Of a stretch of DNA of 64,000 bases, positions 1 to 13,772 are shown piece by piece (the first letter of the stretch is position 1; each line of letters opens with the position of its first letter). This stretch comes from an uncultured Alphaproteobacteria bacterium (GTDB taxonomy: Bacteria > Pseudomonadota > Alphaproteobacteria > Rhizobiales > Xanthobacteraceae). Under the pieces are notes generated by a model that was not told the DNA's origin, made no database searches, and was given only the letters and a program-made list of their open reading frames with translations. The stretch covers positions 338,293-402,292 of the forward strand of contig CAWAYU010000004.1 of assembly GCA_963786355.1 (NCBI GenBank). The letters are read 5' to 3'. The position numbers and the translations under genes were made by a program.

Positions 1-142
1 CACGCTCGAACCCGAGATAAGCAAAGCCCATGCTGGCGGCGGAAATCGCCAGCGTCACGGCAAAGCCGAGCATGATCTTGGCGCGGAACCGGAGGGTTGG
101 GAATTTGATCGAAAACGACCCGCTACGTTTCTTAAGACCCAC
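1..142 (-). CDS. Methyl-accepting chemotaxis protein or membrane sensor, N-terminus (runs off the window start)
   Basis: Manual translation from GTG at 142 gives VGLKKRSGSFSIKFPTLRFRAKIMLGFAVTLAISAASMGFAYLGFER: a basic N-terminus plus a TM1 typical of rhizobial MCPs. GGGGG lies upstream. Confidence 0.55.
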   Translation of the reverse strand, partial: MGLKKRSGSFSIKFPTLRFRAKIMLGFAVTLAISAASMGFAYLGFER

Positions 143-288
143 CTCAGCCCCCCACCTTATTCTGAAAACTCAGGGATCGGGCAGCCGAAGGCCCCCGATC
201 CCCTCGTAAAATTACGGCAAAATGAATAAGGGTGAGTAAATTCGGGCCGGATTCCCTTGGGTTGTGAGGGAGTGGAGACGTCGTATCT

Positions 289-499
289 TCCCCTCCCCTG
301 GAGGGGTCCGAGACGAGCGGAGCTCGCCCGAGGGTCGACACGGATCGAGCGAAGCGAGATGCGTGACGGGGTGGGGTGATCTCTCAACTCGGGCACTGTT
401 CGCGAGGAGAGACCGTCACCCCACCCCGCCGCTCATTGCATGAGCGTCGACTTACGGACGAGCTTCGCTCGTCCCAGACCCCTCCAGGGGCGGGTAAGA
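289..499. repeat. Composite REP-like palindromic element
   Basis: Terminal IR CCCCTGGAGGGGTC...GACCCCTCCAGGGG, internal IR GGGGTGGGGTGA...TCACCCCACCCC, and small GACGAGC-x-GCTCG hairpins. Confidence 0.8.
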
Positions 500-639
500 G
501 AAGTGGCCACAGCCAACTCTGCGCCATCCGCCGCAAGCAAGTCATCACAAAGGCCAGCGCGACCAAAATCCTAGTTGCAAGTTCCCCTGCCGCTGTTTCT
601 AATTGGAATAATTACAAAACACATCGGGAGGTATCACGC

Positions 640-1125
640 GTGTCTACCATCAAACTGACGGTGAACGGCAAGGCCGTCTCGGTCGATGTCGAGGACCGGA
701 CGCTTCTCGTCCATCTCCTCCGCGAAAATCTGAACCTGACCGGCACCCATGTCGGCTGCGATACCAGCCAGTGCGGCGCCTGTGTCGTCCATATCGACGG
801 CAAGGCGGTCAAATCCTGCACCGTGCTGGCCGGCCAGGCCGCGGGCTCCAACGTCACCACCATCGAGGGCATCTCGAAAGGCGACGAACTGCACCCGATG
901 CAGGCTGCGTTCCGCGACAATCACGGCCTGCAGTGCGGCTACTGCACCCCGGGCATGATCATGTCGGCGATCGACATCGTGCACCGCTATGCCGGCAAGC
1001 TCGACGAGGAAACCGTGCGGCACGAGCTCGAAGGCAACATCTGCCGCTGCACCGGTTACCACAACATCGTCAAATCGGTGCTCGATGCGGCCGGCCGCAT
1101 GAAGGTTTCGCAGGCGGCTGAATAG
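640..1125 (+). CDS. coxS: 2x[2Fe-2S] small subunit of a CODH/xanthine dehydrogenase family molybdoenzyme
   Basis: [18 protein letters not shown] and NICRCTGY motifs. GTG start at 640 after GGGAGG; the ORF track over-extends to 376. Confidence 0.92.
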   Translation: MSTIKLTVNGKAVSVDVEDRTLLVHLLRENLNLTGTHVGCDTSQCGACVVHIDGKAVKSCTVLAGQAAGSNVTTIEGISKGDELHPMQAAFRDNHGLQCGYCTPGMIMSAIDIVHRYAGKLDEETVRHELEGNICRCTGYHNIVKSVLDAAGRMKVSQAAE

Positions 1126-1213
1126 CCTCGGCCGGCTACCAATACCCGGCATCAAGACCGCCGAATTTCGATGGAAATGGCGGACATCAAAAACTCCGGT
1201 AGGGAGACAGAAC

Positions 1214-3553
<2,340 letters not shown>

Positions 3554-3567
3554 GGGGAGGCAAGAAC

Positions 3568-4370
3568 ATGTACGAGACAACCTACCATCGCCCCTCCTCC
3601 ATCGACGAAGCCGTGGCTTTGTTCGGCAAGGGTTCTGAGTCCAAATATCTTGCCGGCGGCCACACCCTGATCCCGGTGATGAAACAGCGGCTGGCCTCGC
3701 CATCCGACGTGATTGATCTCGCACGGATCAAGGAGCTGGTCGGCATCGAACCGTCGGGCGCCGGGATCGTCATCAAGGCCGCGACCACCTATTTCGACAT
3801 CATGCACAGCGCTGAGGTGAAGAAGGCGATCCCTGCGATCGCTTATCTCACCTCTCAGCTCGGCGATCCGGCCGTGCGGCATCGCGGCACCATCGGCGGC
3901 TCGATCGCCAACAACGATCCGGCGGCTGATTTCCCGGCGGCCCTGCTTGCGCTTGATGCCACCGTGAAAACCAACAAGCGCAACATCAAGGCCGATGACT
4001 TCTTCAAAGGCCTGTTCACGACAGCGCTGGAAGACGGCGAGATCATCACCGCCGTCTCCTTCCCGGTTGTGGACAAGGCGGGGTACGCCAAGATGCGGCA
4101 TCCCGCTTCGCGATTTGCGCTGACCGGCGTGTTCGTGGCGAGGACCCCGGGAGGAGATGTCCAGGGTCGCGGCAACGGGTGCGTCGCAAAACGGCGTTAT
4201 GCGGGTGCCGGCGATCGAGGCGGCGCTGAAGGCAAACTGGTCGCCCGGCGCCAGTCGATGGCGTCACCATCTCCGCTGATGGTATACTGGCGGATATCCA
4301 CGGCTCGGCGGCCTATCGCGCCAACCTCGTCAAGGTGATGGCGCAGCGGGCGGTATCTGCTGCGGGCTGA
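3568..4370 (+). CDS. coxM: FAD-binding medium subunit (frameshifted near 4160 and 4250)
   Basis: LAGGHTL and RHRGTIGGS motifs. The C-terminus (ADGILADIHGSAAYRANLVKVMAQRAVSAAG*) continues in another frame to TGA at 4370. Confidence 0.85.
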
Positions 4371-4393
4371 ATAGCGCCTGGACACAAAAGATG

Positions 4394-4421
4394 GAACGGC
4401 GCGCAGCGATGCGCGCCGTTC
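4394..4421. terminator. Hairpin terminator after coxM
   Basis: GAACGGCGCGCA-gcga-TGCGCGCCGTTC, a perfect 12-bp stem with an A-rich 5' flank and a T-tract nearby on the 3' side. Confidence 0.6.
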
Positions 4422-4529
4422 TGCATTTTGGACCAATTGTCGGCAAAAGAAGCTTGCCAAGGCCTCGCTTTCGGCGGGACAAGTTAGCTAATCAACTAAC
4501 TAAAATGCTTCCCTTCGGGAGAGAACAAC

Positions 4530-5644
4530 GTGCTCGATAAACCAGCCGCCCAATCCGCCACCCGCACCTCCGGCCCGCTCGCCGGTTTCCGCATCGTCGA
4601 ATTCGCCGGCATCGGCCCGGGCCCGTTCGCCTGCATGATGCTGGCCGACATGGGCGCGGAGGTCGTGACGCTCGATCGCGTCGGCGCCAAGAAGAATCTG
4701 AAAGCGGTGGCGACGCGCGGCCGAAAGGTCGTCGAACTCGACCTGAAGGACAAGGCGTCGATTGCGCAGGTGCTCGACCTGCTCGCCAGCGCCGACGCGC
4801 TGATCGAAGGTTTTCGGCCCGGCGTCATGGAGCGGCTCGGCCTCGGGCCCGACGTGGTGATGGCACGCAATCCGCGTCTCGTGTTCGGCCGCATGACCGG
4901 CTGGGGCCAGGAAGGCCCGCTGGCCAACGCCGCCGGCCATGACATCAACTATATCTCGATCACCGGCGCGCTGGCCGCGATCGGCACCAAGGACAAGCCG
5001 GTGCCGCCGCTCAACCTGGTCGGCGATTTCGGCGGCGGCGCGCTCTATCTCGTGGTCGGCGTGCTCGCCGCGCTGCTGGAAGCGTCGAAATCCGGCAAGG
5101 GCCAGGTGGTCGATGCCGCGATGTGCGACGGCGCGGCGTCGCTGATGTCGATGTTCTTCGACATGACCGCGATGGGCCGCTGGACCGACGAGCGCAACAG
5201 CAATTTCCTCGACGGCGGCGCGCATTTCTACGGCGTCTATGAATGTTCCTGCGGCCATTTCATTTCGATCGGCTCGATCGAACCGCAGTTCTACGCGCTG
5301 CTGCGCCAGCACGCGGAACTGACCGACGCCGACTTCGACGCACAGATGGACCGCAAGGCCTGGCCCGCGCTGAAGGCCAAGCTGGAAAAGGTGTTCAAGA
5401 CCAAGACCCGCGAAGACTGGTGCAAGATCATGGAAGGCAGCGACATCTGCTTCGCGCCGATCCTGACCATGCAGGAAGCTCCCGAAGCATCCGCACAACG
5501 CCGCGCGCAGAGATTTTCATCGAACGTCACGGCGTCACGCAGCCGGCGCCGGCGCCGCGCTTCTCGCGCACGCCGTCGGCGGTACGCGATGCGGTGAGCG
5601 CGGATATCGGTGAACTGACCAGTGCGTGGAAGGCGGGAAGGTAA
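4530..5644 (+). CDS. CaiB/BaiF family III CoA-transferase, alpha-methylacyl-CoA racemase-like (frameshift near 5490-5515)
   Basis: [27 protein letters not shown] and GDFGGG motifs. The C-terminal [12 protein letters not shown] is in ORF 5243..5644. Confidence 0.88.
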
Positions 5645-5651
5645 GTTTCCG

Positions 5652-5775
5652 CGTCGTCCCGGCGTGAGCCGGGACCCATAGCCACCGGCCGCAGTTGCTG
5701 CGGACGGTTGCAATTGGCTTTGCGTTGCAATCGACAGGATCCGCGGCGACGGATCCCGGCGCATCGCCGGCGACG
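5652..5775. repeat. REP-like palindrome (GTCGTCCC...GGGACCCATA family)
   Basis: CGTCGTCCCGGCGTGAGCCGGGACCCATA with a degenerate inverse arm. Related to 29604-29722. Confidence 0.6.
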
Positions 5776-5781
5776 TACAGT

Positions 5782-6901
5782 CTACGCCGCGTTCCCCACC
5801 TTCAACACGCCCCTTCGAATCTGATCCTCCTCGATCGATTCGAACAGCGCCTTGAAATTGCCCTCGCCAAAGCCGTCGTCACCCTTGCGCTGGATGAATT
5901 CGAAGAAGATCGGCCCGATCGCGTTGGCCGAAAAGATCTGCAGCAGCACCTTGGTCTGGCCGCCGTCGACCACACCCTCGCCGTCGATCAGGATGCCGTC
6001 GCGCTGCAGCCGCGCGACGTCCTCGCTATGCCCCGCCAGACGCGCCTCGATCTTCTCGAAATAGGTTTCAGGCGGCGGCGGCATGAACGGCAAACCATCG
6101 GCACGCAACGTCTCGACGGTGCGATAGATATCCCGCGCGCCGCAGGCGATGTGCTGGATGCCCTCGCCGCGGTAGATGTTGAGATATTCCTCGATCTGGC
6201 CGGAATCGCCGGCGTCCTCGTTGATCGGAATCCGGATCTTGCCGTCCGGGCTGGTCAGCGCGCGCGAGAACAGGCCGGAAGCGCGGCCTTCGATATCGAA
6301 GAAGCGGATCTGGCGAAAATTGAACAGCTTTTCGTAGAAGCCGGTCCAGACATCCATGCGGCCGCGATGGACGTTGTGGGTGAGGTGATCGATATAATAA
6401 AGCCCTGCGCCGCTGGGGCACGCGTCGCGGGCGCCGAGCCAGTCAAACTCGAGATCGTAGGCCGAGCCCTTGGCGCCATAGCGGTCGACGAAATAAAGCA
6501 GACTGCCGCCGATGCCCTTGATGGCGGGAACATCGAGCGTCTTCTGCATGCGAGGAAACGTCGGCCGGCTCCGCGCCCAGCGATAGAGCGCGCGCATAGG
6601 CCTGCTTGGCATCGACCACGCGAAACGCCATCGACGGCGCGCACGGTCCATGCGCGGCGACAAAATCGTGGCCGTGGGTGCCGGGCTCCTCGTTGACGAG
6701 ATAATTGACGTCGCCCTGGCGATAGACCGTGATCTTTTTGGTCTTGTGGCGCGCGACCGGCGCAAAACCCATCAGCTTGAACAGCGCGTGCAGCTCTTCG
6801 GGCCGCGGATGCGCATATTCGACGAACTCGAAACCGTCGGTGCCCATCGGGTTGTCGGCGCTGATGGCGGCGGCCGGCGCGTCGTGCGGAAATGGACCCA
6901 T
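5782..6901 (-). CDS. hppD: 4-hydroxyphenylpyruvate dioxygenase (frameshift near 6555)
   Basis: N-part [13 protein letters not shown] (ORF 6443..6952); C-part [36 protein letters not shown] (ORF 5782..6765). Confidence 0.92.
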
Positions 6902-7022
6902 GGCGGAATCTCCCTGATCTGATGGTTCGAGTTTCCGCCAGATTGGACGCAATGGGCATGCAAAACGGCCCGAGATTGACTATAATGGTGCACGATCCGT
7001 GCACCATTTGGATATTTTACGC

Positions 7023-7490
7023 ATGATTCCGGTAGACGCTTTTGACCTCAAGATGCTGGCCGCTTTGCAGGACGACGGCCGCCTGACCAACCAGCAACTG
7101 GCCGATCTCGTCGGCCTGTCGGCCTCGCAATGCTCGCGGCGGCGGATGCGGCTGGAGGAGGAGAAAGTGATCGCGGGCTATCACGCCGACCTCGCCAGCG
7201 AAGCGCTGGGCTTCAACCTGATCGCCTTCATCCACATCACGCTGGCGACGCATTCGCCCGACAACGCCAAGAAATTTCGCGCTTTGGTCAATCGCGTCGA
7301 CGAGATCCAGGAGGCCTATTCGCTCACCGGCGATGCTGACTATCTGCTGAAGGCGGTGCTGCGCGATTTGAAGAGCCTGTCGGATATCGTCAACAACGTG
7401 CTGATGCCGCACCAGAGCGTGGCGCATGTGCGCTCGTCGATCGTGCTGGACCGGCTGAAGGAAAGTTCGAAGCTGCCGCTGAAAGGATAG
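7023..7490 (+). CDS. Lrp/AsnC family regulator, divergent from hppD
   Basis: LQDDGRLTNQQLADLVGLSAS HTH and TGDADYLLK. Confidence 0.92.
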   Translation: MIPVDAFDLKMLAALQDDGRLTNQQLADLVGLSASQCSRRRMRLEEEKVIAGYHADLASEALGFNLIAFIHITLATHSPDNAKKFRALVNRVDEIQEAYSLTGDADYLLKAVLRDLKSLSDIVNNVLMPHQSVAHVRSSIVLDRLKESSKLPLKG

Positions 7491-7584
7491 CGCAGCCCTA
7501 TGACGCAAATCGAGGGAAATTCGCCATTCGCATTCCCGCTTCGATTTGCGATCATCCGCTCTCAAATCAACGCACGGGACCGCC

Positions 7585-7896
7585 ATGGCGCTGCAACTTC
7601 GGCCTAACTGCGAATACTGCGACAAGGACCTGCCGCCGAACGCGACAGAGGCGCGAATCTGCTCCTACGAATGCACGTTCTGCGCGGACTGCGTTGAGAA
7701 CAAGCTGCACAACGTCTGCCCGAACTGCGCCGGCGGCTTCGTGCCGCGGCCGATCCGGCCCGTGACCGAACGTCGGCCCGGCGTCTGCGTCGACAAGCAA
7801 GCGCCGTCGGACAAGCGCGTCCACTTGAAGTACAGCCTCGAAGACGTCGCGGCACATTGCGCGATGTATCGCGATATTCCGCCGGAGCAGCGCTAG
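7585..7896 (+). CDS. DUF1272 family Cys-rich protein
   Basis: LQLRPNCEYCDKDL, ICSYECTFC and CPNCAGG motifs. Confidence 0.85.
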   Translation: MALQLRPNCEYCDKDLPPNATEARICSYECTFCADCVENKLHNVCPNCAGGFVPRPIRPVTERRPGVCVDKQAPSDKRVHLKYSLEDVAAHCAMYRDIPPEQR

Positions 7897-7903
7897 ATCA
7901 TCA

Positions 7904-8024
7904 TCCGTCATTGTCTGCAACAAACGCGAAGCGTTTGTGCAAGAGAGCGAAGCGAAGCAATCCATCTTAGCCGCGCAAAGAAAGACTGGATTGCTTCGTC
8001 GCTGTCGCTCCCCGCAATGACGGA
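7904..8024. repeat. REP-like palindrome, GTCATTGCGAG/GAAGCAATCCA family, with an inserted hairpin module
   Basis: TCCGTCATTG...GAAGCAATCCA...TGGATTGCTTC...CAATGACGGA. Confidence 0.85.
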
Positions 8025-8029
8025 GGGAG

Positions 8030-9301
8030 TTACGAAGCTGCCGTAATCGTGCCCTCGACCTCGCCAAAACCGACGCGATAGCCCTTGCCCTGGCACCAGC
8101 CGCGCATCACGAGCGAATCCCCGTCTTCGAGAAAGGTGCGCTTGACACCGCCGGGTAGTTCGACCGGCTCAGTGCCGTTCCAGGAAATTTCGAGCAGGCT
8201 GCCGCGCTGGTCTTTTTCGGGGCCGGAGATGGTGCCGCTGCCCAGGAGATCCCCGACATTCATCGCGCAGCCGGACGAGGCGTGGTGCACCAGTTGCTGC
8301 ACCGACGACCAGTACATGTACTTGAAATTGGTGCTGGAGATATCGGCTGCCTCATTCATGGAGCCCGCGCGCAAGGCGATGCCGAGCTGCATATCGTAAT
8401 TGTTCGGCTGCGCCTGACGCAAATAGGCCAGCGGCTCCGGATCCTGCGCCGGGCCATGCAGCCGAAACGGCTCCAGCGCCTCGCGCGTCACAATCCACGG
8501 GCTGATCGAGGTCGCAAAGGCCTTGGCCTGGAACGGCCCGAGCGGCACGTATTCCCACTGCTGGATGTCGCGCGCGCTCCAGTCGTTCAGGATCACGAAG
8601 CCGAAGATCATCGCTTCGGCCTGTGCTTCCGTGAGCATTTCGCCGATCGGCGAGGCTTGGCCGATCACCACGCCCATTTCGAGTTCGAAATCGAGCCGCT
8701 TGCACGGTCCAAAGCTCGGCACGTCGGCCGTCGGCGGCTTCAATTGCCCGCGCGGCCGGCGCACCGGCGTGCCGCTGACGACGACGGTCGAAGCGCGGCC
8801 GTTGTAGCCGATCGGCATGTGCAGCCAGTTCGGCTGCAGCGCGTTGTCCTTGCCACGGAACATGACACCGACATTGGTGGCGTGTTCCTTCGAGGAATAA
8901 AAATCGGTATAGCCGGAAACCGCGATCGGCAGATGCAGTTTGACGTCAGCCATCGGCACCAGCGCGCGCTGGCGCAACTCGTCATTGTCGCGCAGCTCGG
9001 GATGATCGTGGCGCAGCAACTCGCTGATCCGCGCGCGCGTCCTCGACCAGACTTTTGGTCCGAGCGCCATGAATGGATTGAGCGAGGCGCTTGAGAACAC
9101 GCCGAGTTCGCCGACGTCGAGCCTGGAGTCCTGTTCGAGCTCCCAGAGATCGAGCACGAAATCGCCGATCGCGACGCCGACGCGCGGAGCCAGACCGTCC
9201 TTCGCCGAGAACACGCCATAGGGAAGATTCTGGATCGGGAAGTCGGACGTGGCGGCGACCGGGATGAAGGAGCGGAGGGTCGGGTCGTTGGGATGGGGCA
9301 C
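8030..9301 (-). CDS. fahA: Fumarylacetoacetase
   Basis: DFPIQNLPYG, YTDFYSSKEHATNVG, LDFELE and NDWSARDIQ motifs. Confidence 0.95.
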   Translation of the reverse strand: MPHPNDPTLRSFIPVAATSDFPIQNLPYGVFSAKDGLAPRVGVAIGDFVLDLWELEQDSRLDVGELGVFSSASLNPFMALGPKVWSRTRARISELLRHDHPELRDNDELRQRALVPMADVKLHLPIAVSGYTDFYSSKEHATNVGVMFRGKDNALQPNWLHMPIGYNGRASTVVVSGTPVRRPRGQLKPPTADVPSFGPCKRLDFELEMGVVIGQASPIGEMLTEAQAEAMIFGFVILNDWSARDIQQWEYVPLGPFQAKAFATSISPWIVTREALEPFRLHGPAQDPEPLAYLRQAQPNNYDMQLGIALRAGSMNEAADISSTNFKYMYWSSVQQLVHHASSGCAMNVGDLLGSGTISGPEKDQRGSLLEISWNGTEPVELPGGVKRTFLEDGDSLVMRGWCQGKGYRVGFGEVEGTITAAS

Positions 9302-9323
9302 GCAGTTCTCCAATCAGTAAGCC

Positions 9324-9397
9324 GTCATGCCCGGGCTTGACCCGGGCATCCATCTTCTGAAGAAGCGATGGATCGCCGGGTCAAGCCCGGCGATGAC
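9324..9397. repeat. REP-like palindrome, GTCATGCCCGGGCTTGACCCG family
   Basis: GTCATGCCCGGGCTTGACCCGGGCATCCAT...ATGGATCGCCGGGTCAAGCCCGGCGATGAC. A second copy is at 42965. Confidence 0.85.
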
Positions 9398-9411
9398 AGG
9401 TAATAGTCGCC

Positions 9412-10758
9412 TCACGGCTTGCTCGGATCGAACCGCTTCTCAAGTCCCTTCCAGCAATCCGCATAATCGTCCTGCAAGGTCGCCGACTGCGCGGCATGCG
9501 CGGTGACGCGCTGCGGGTATCTCGTCTCGAACATGAAGGCCATGGTGCCGGTCAGCTTCACCGGCTTCAATTCGCCGTTGCTGGCATGATCGAAGGCCTG
9601 ACGGTCCGGGCCGTGCGGCAGCATCATGTTGTGCAGGCTGATGCCACCGGGGACAAAGCCTTCCGGCTTGGCGTCATAGACGCCGTAGATCAGCCCCATG
9701 AACTCCGACATGATGTTCATGTGATACCACGGCGGACGAAACGTGTTCTCGGCCACCGCCCAGCGTTCCGGGAAGATGACAAAATCGATATTCGCGGTGC
9801 CCGCGGTTTCCGACGGCGAGGTCAACACCGTGAAGATCGAGGGATCGGGATGGTCGAAGCCGATGGCGCCGATCGGCGAGAAGGTGCGCAGATCGTATTT
9901 GTAGGGTGCGTAATTGCCGTGCCACGCCACCACGTCGATCGGCGAATGCGGCAGCGTGGTCTTGAACAATGAGCCGCCCCATTTGACGTAGAGCTCGGTC
10001 GGCGTGTCCTTGTCTTCATAGGCTGCGACCGGCGTCAGAAAATCACGCGAATTGGCGAGGCAGTTGGCGCCGATCGGACCGCGTTCCGGCAGCGTGAAGG
10101 CGCCGCCGTAGTTTTCGCAGAGATAGCCGCGCGCGGCGCCTGACGTGATCTCGACGCGAAATTTAACGCCGCGCGGGATCACCACGATCTCGCCGGGCTC
10201 GGCGTCGATGCGGCCGAACTCGGTGACGAGGCGTAGATTGCCCTGCTGCAGCACGAACATCATCTCGCCGTCGGCATTGTAGAAGTGCTGATCGACCATC
10301 GACTTTGTAATCAGATAGACATGCGCGGCCATGCCGGCCTGGGTATTGGCATCGCCGGCCGTGGTCATGGTCTGCACGCCCTGCAGGAAGGTTTTGTCGT
10401 CCCTAGGGATCGGTGCCGGGTCCCAGCGCAATTGCGCGATCGGCAATTCATATTCATGGCACGGCGCGGTGCGCCACAGCCCGGCATCGGCTTTCGCAAA
10501 CCGTCCGGAATGTTTCACCGACGGGCGGATGCGATAGAGCCAGGAGCGCTCGTTGCTGCCGCGCGGCGCGGTGAAGGGCGAACCCGAGAGTTGTTCGGCA
10601 TAGAGCCCGTAGGCGCAGCGCTGCGGCGAGTTGCGCCCCATCGGCAGCGCGCCGGGCAGCGCCTCGGTTTCAAAGCTGTTGCCGAAGCCGGACATATAGC
10701 CCGGCGTGATGTGCTGGGAATTCTTGGCAATCGCATCGGGAGACGTGTTGATATTCAT
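9412..10758 (-). CDS. hmgA: Homogentisate 1,2-dioxygenase
   Basis: [48 protein letters not shown] and PHGPD motifs. Confidence 0.96.
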   Translation of the reverse strand: MNINTSPDAIAKNSQHITPGYMSGFGNSFETEALPGALPMGRNSPQRCAYGLYAEQLSGSPFTAPRGSNERSWLYRIRPSVKHSGRFAKADAGLWRTAPCHEYELPIAQLRWDPAPIPRDDKTFLQGVQTMTTAGDANTQAGMAAHVYLITKSMVDQHFYNADGEMMFVLQQGNLRLVTEFGRIDAEPGEIVVIPRGVKFRVEITSGAARGYLCENYGGAFTLPERGPIGANCLANSRDFLTPVAAYEDKDTPTELYVKWGGSLFKTTLPHSPIDVVAWHGNYAPYKYDLRTFSPIGAIGFDHPDPSIFTVLTSPSETAGTANIDFVIFPERWAVAENTFRPPWYHMNIMSEFMGLIYGVYDAKPEGFVPGGISLHNMMLPHGPDRQAFDHASNGELKPVKLTGTMAFMFETRYPQRVTAHAAQSATLQDDYADCWKGLEKRFDPSKP

Positions 10759-10760
10759 GG

Positions 10761-11714
10761 TCATCCTCCTTGCAGGGCGGCCCACATTTCCTGGTCACGC
10801 TTGTCGGTCCAGATCACGGGATCGTCGATCCCCGACGCCTCGTCGAACGCGCGCGAGACGTTGAACGGCAGGCAGTGCTCGTAGATCGCAAACGACGAAA
10901 ATTTGGGATCCATGACTTCGCGCGTTGCCGCCATCGATTCCTTCAAATTGCGACCGCGGGCGACCGAAGTCTCGGCCGCGCCATAGAGCGAGGTGACGAA
11001 GTCGCGCGTCATCGCAATCGCGTCGCGCCCGGTCGAAAGCCCCTTCAGCGCATCGCCGCGGCCCGGCGCGATCGCTTTGGGATTGAAGGCGCGGATTTCG
11101 TTCAGCGTCATCGGCCATTCGCGCAGATGCGCGTCGCCGCAGTAGCAGGCCGAGTGATATTCAATCAGATCGCCGGAGAACATCACTTCGGCATCCGGCA
11201 CCCAGGCGACGATGTCGCCGGACGTGTGGCCTGCGCCGAGCTGCATCAGCCGCACTTCGCGCTTGCCGAGATAGATCGACATCTCGGCTTCGAAGGTCAG
11301 CGTCGGCCAGGTCAGGCCGGGAATGCTTTCGGCGTCCTGGAACAGCCGCGGAAAGCGGCCAAATTCGGAATCCCAGTCCTGCTGGCCGCGCTCCTCGATC
11401 AGCCGATGGGTTTCGGCTGACGCGACGATGCCTTGCGCGTTGTAGGCGGAGGCGCCGAGCACGCGCACCGCGTGGTAATGCGACAGCACGACATACTTGA
11501 TCGGCTTGTCGGTGACGGTGCGGACGCGCTCGATCACTTTATGGGCCATTGCCGGCGTCGACTGCGCGTCGAATACCAGGCAGCCGTCGTCGCCGACGAT
11601 GATGGCGGAGTTCGGATCGCCCTCGGCGGTGAATGCATAGAGATCGGTGCCGATTTCGGAGAAGGTGATTTTTTTCTCCGCCATGTCGGTCGTGGACGCG
11701 AAACCTTTGGCCAT
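10761..11714 (-). CDS. MBL-fold protein with atypical HYHAVR motif
   Basis: [23 protein letters not shown] and PGRG. Operonic with hmgA. Confidence 0.85.
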   Translation of the reverse strand: MAKGFASTTDMAEKKITFSEIGTDLYAFTAEGDPNSAIIVGDDGCLVFDAQSTPAMAHKVIERVRTVTDKPIKYVVLSHYHAVRVLGASAYNAQGIVASAETHRLIEERGQQDWDSEFGRFPRLFQDAESIPGLTWPTLTFEAEMSIYLGKREVRLMQLGAGHTSGDIVAWVPDAEVMFSGDLIEYHSACYCGDAHLREWPMTLNEIRAFNPKAIAPGRGDALKGLSTGRDAIAMTRDFVTSLYGAAETSVARGRNLKESMAATREVMDPKFSSFAIYEHCLPFNVSRAFDEASGIDDPVIWTDKRDQEMWAALQGG

Positions 11715-11747
11715 CAATTCCATTCCTGACTGCGTTTGAGACGTTGG

Positions 11748-11975
11748 TTATTGTTGTTGCTGTTGTTGCTGCTGGCTGGCGTCGAGCATCCGCCGCTTGG
11801 CCAGCGCGATCGCTTCATTCAGGACCGCGATATCGCCGATGTGGTTGGCGAGAATGAGCACCAGCGCCGCATCGAGATCGGCGCTCTGCTCATCGCTGAG
11901 GCCGCGATGCGCCTCGACGACGGCGCGGAAGGCGTCGTCAGGTTTTGCGAAATTCGAACTGGTCGACAACGCCAT
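11748..11975 (-). CDS. DUF2783 family small protein with poly-Q tail
   Basis: PDDAF...AHRGLSDEQS...LVLILANHIGD. Confidence 0.8.
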   Translation of the reverse strand: MALSTSSNFAKPDDAFRAVVEAHRGLSDEQSADLDAALVLILANHIGDIAVLNEAIALAKRRMLDASQQQQQQQQ

Positions 11976-11983
11976 GAAGAACC

Positions 11984-13599
11984 TCAGTTGTGTCCCGCCG
12001 CGCGCGCCAGCGCGGCTTCAAGCGCGGGCCGGGTCGGATGACGGAAGCGCGCCGCGACATAGCCGTCGGGCCGCAGCAAATAGGCTGTGCCCGGCTCGGC
12101 GTCATAGCGCGCGGTGGCGAGGCCTTCGGGATCGGCAAGATCGTTCTCGCCGCCGACGCGGACGGTCGCCACGCCTTCCGGCACTTCGGCGGCCACGCCA
12201 TTGCCGAATTCCAGCAGCGCGAAACGCGCACCGGTTTTGATGAAGGCGTCGGTCAGATACATCGGACCGCCACTGGACGCTTCAATCGGTGCATCCAGCA
12301 TCGATGCTCCGGGCCGCGGGCCGCTGCGCCACGCGTCGCGATCGGCGGTCGAGAGCGGCGTCTCGTAGACCGACGGCGTCGACAGCCGGCCGCCGTTGAT
12401 CATGCGCTTGCCGAACTCGGTTTCCTTGGCCAGTGACAGCACCGCCTTGCGCAGCCGCGCTTCCTCGCTGGTGACGCGGCGCCATGAAATCGGTCGAGCG
12501 GGTCGATTCGCGAATGTTCTCGTCGGCCGCCGCACCGCGCTCGATGTGATAGCTGTCGAGCAACGCTTCCGGCGACTGTTTTCGCAACACGCGGTCGAGC
12601 TTCCACGCCAGAATTCTCGGCGTCCTCGAGCCCGGAATTGGCGCCGCGGGCACCAAACGGCGAGACCTGATGCGCAGCGTCGCCGGCGAACAGCACGCGG
12701 CCATGGATGAACCGGTCCATCCGGCGGCACTGGAATTTGTAGAGCGAGATCCACTCGAACTCGAACTTGTCATGGCCGAGCATGCGCGCAATCCGCGGCC
12801 GAACATTCTCCGGCAGCTTCTCGACCGCCGGATCGGCATCGCGATGAAGCTGCAGGTCGATCCGCCAGATGTCGTCCGGTTGCTTGTGCAGCAGCGCCGA
12901 CCGCCCGGCATGGAACGGCGGATCGAACCAGAACCAGCGTTCGGTCGGAAACTCCGCCGTCATCTTGACGTCGGCGATCAGGAACTGATCCTCGAACACC
13001 TGGCCCGTGAATTCCGCGCCCACCATCTGCCGCAGCGACGAACGCGCGCCGTCGCAGGCGATGACAAAGCTCGCATTCAGGCGATAAGGCCCATCCGGCG
13101 TCTGGATCGTCAGCGCCACATGATCGTTACGCTGCTCCAACCCGACCACCTTGTTGCGCCAGCGCAGGTCGACCGCGGAAAGCTCCTCGACGCGATCGAC
13201 CAGATAGGCCTCGGCATAGAACTGCTGCAGGTTGATGAAGGCCGGCCGCTTGTGGCCTTCTTCCGGCAGGAGATTGAACTGGTAGAGTTTTAAATCGCCG
13301 TGAAAGATCTTGCCGACGCTCCAGACCACGCCCTTGTCGACCATGCGCTGGCCGACCCCGAGCCGGTCCCAGTATTCCAGCGAGCGTTTTGAGAAGCAGA
13401 TCGCGCGCGAGCCTTCGCCGATCCGGTCGGCGTCATCGAGCAAAACAACGCTTTGGCCGCGCTGCGCCAGATCAATCGCCAGCGACAGCCCGACCGGCCC
13501 GGCGCCGACCACCACGACCGGATATTCGGCCACATCCGCACCCGCCCGGTCCTGATCGGGATGCCTGCGATAGCCGAACTGGGTTTTGGTGGACGCCAT
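11984..13599 (-). CDS. FAD-dependent aromatic monooxygenase, PheA/MhpA-like (frameshifts near 12615 and 12480)
   Basis: VGAGPVG, ACDGARS and FAGDAAHQVSPFGARGANSG motifs, with a C-terminal YLLRPDGYV thioredoxin-like domain. Confidence 0.88.
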
Positions 13600-13706
13600 G
13601 CGGGCTGAACCTTGCGGACCAGCCATCCCTGCGGCTAGCCATCCTGCAACTAGTCAACTTCTAACTGGTCAACTTCTAACTGGTCTTGGGCGCGCGACCC
13701 TGATAT

Positions 13707-13724
13707 TAGTCGCATCTGCAACTA
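13707..13724. promoter_or_regulatory. Putative MarR operator
   Basis: TAGTCGCA-TC-TGCAACTA (7/8 inverted repeat) between the divergent monooxygenase and marR genes. The half-site TGCAACTA also occurs at 13645-13652. Confidence 0.55.
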
Positions 13725-13772
13725 TCTTAAATCCTGTGTGCGCTGTCCCGTCAACTCAAATTGGAGCGATTT

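Noticed and set aside
11751-11774. CAG/CAA tract giving poly-Gln
   Set aside because: It is a short mixed-codon low-complexity tail with no sign of phase variation.
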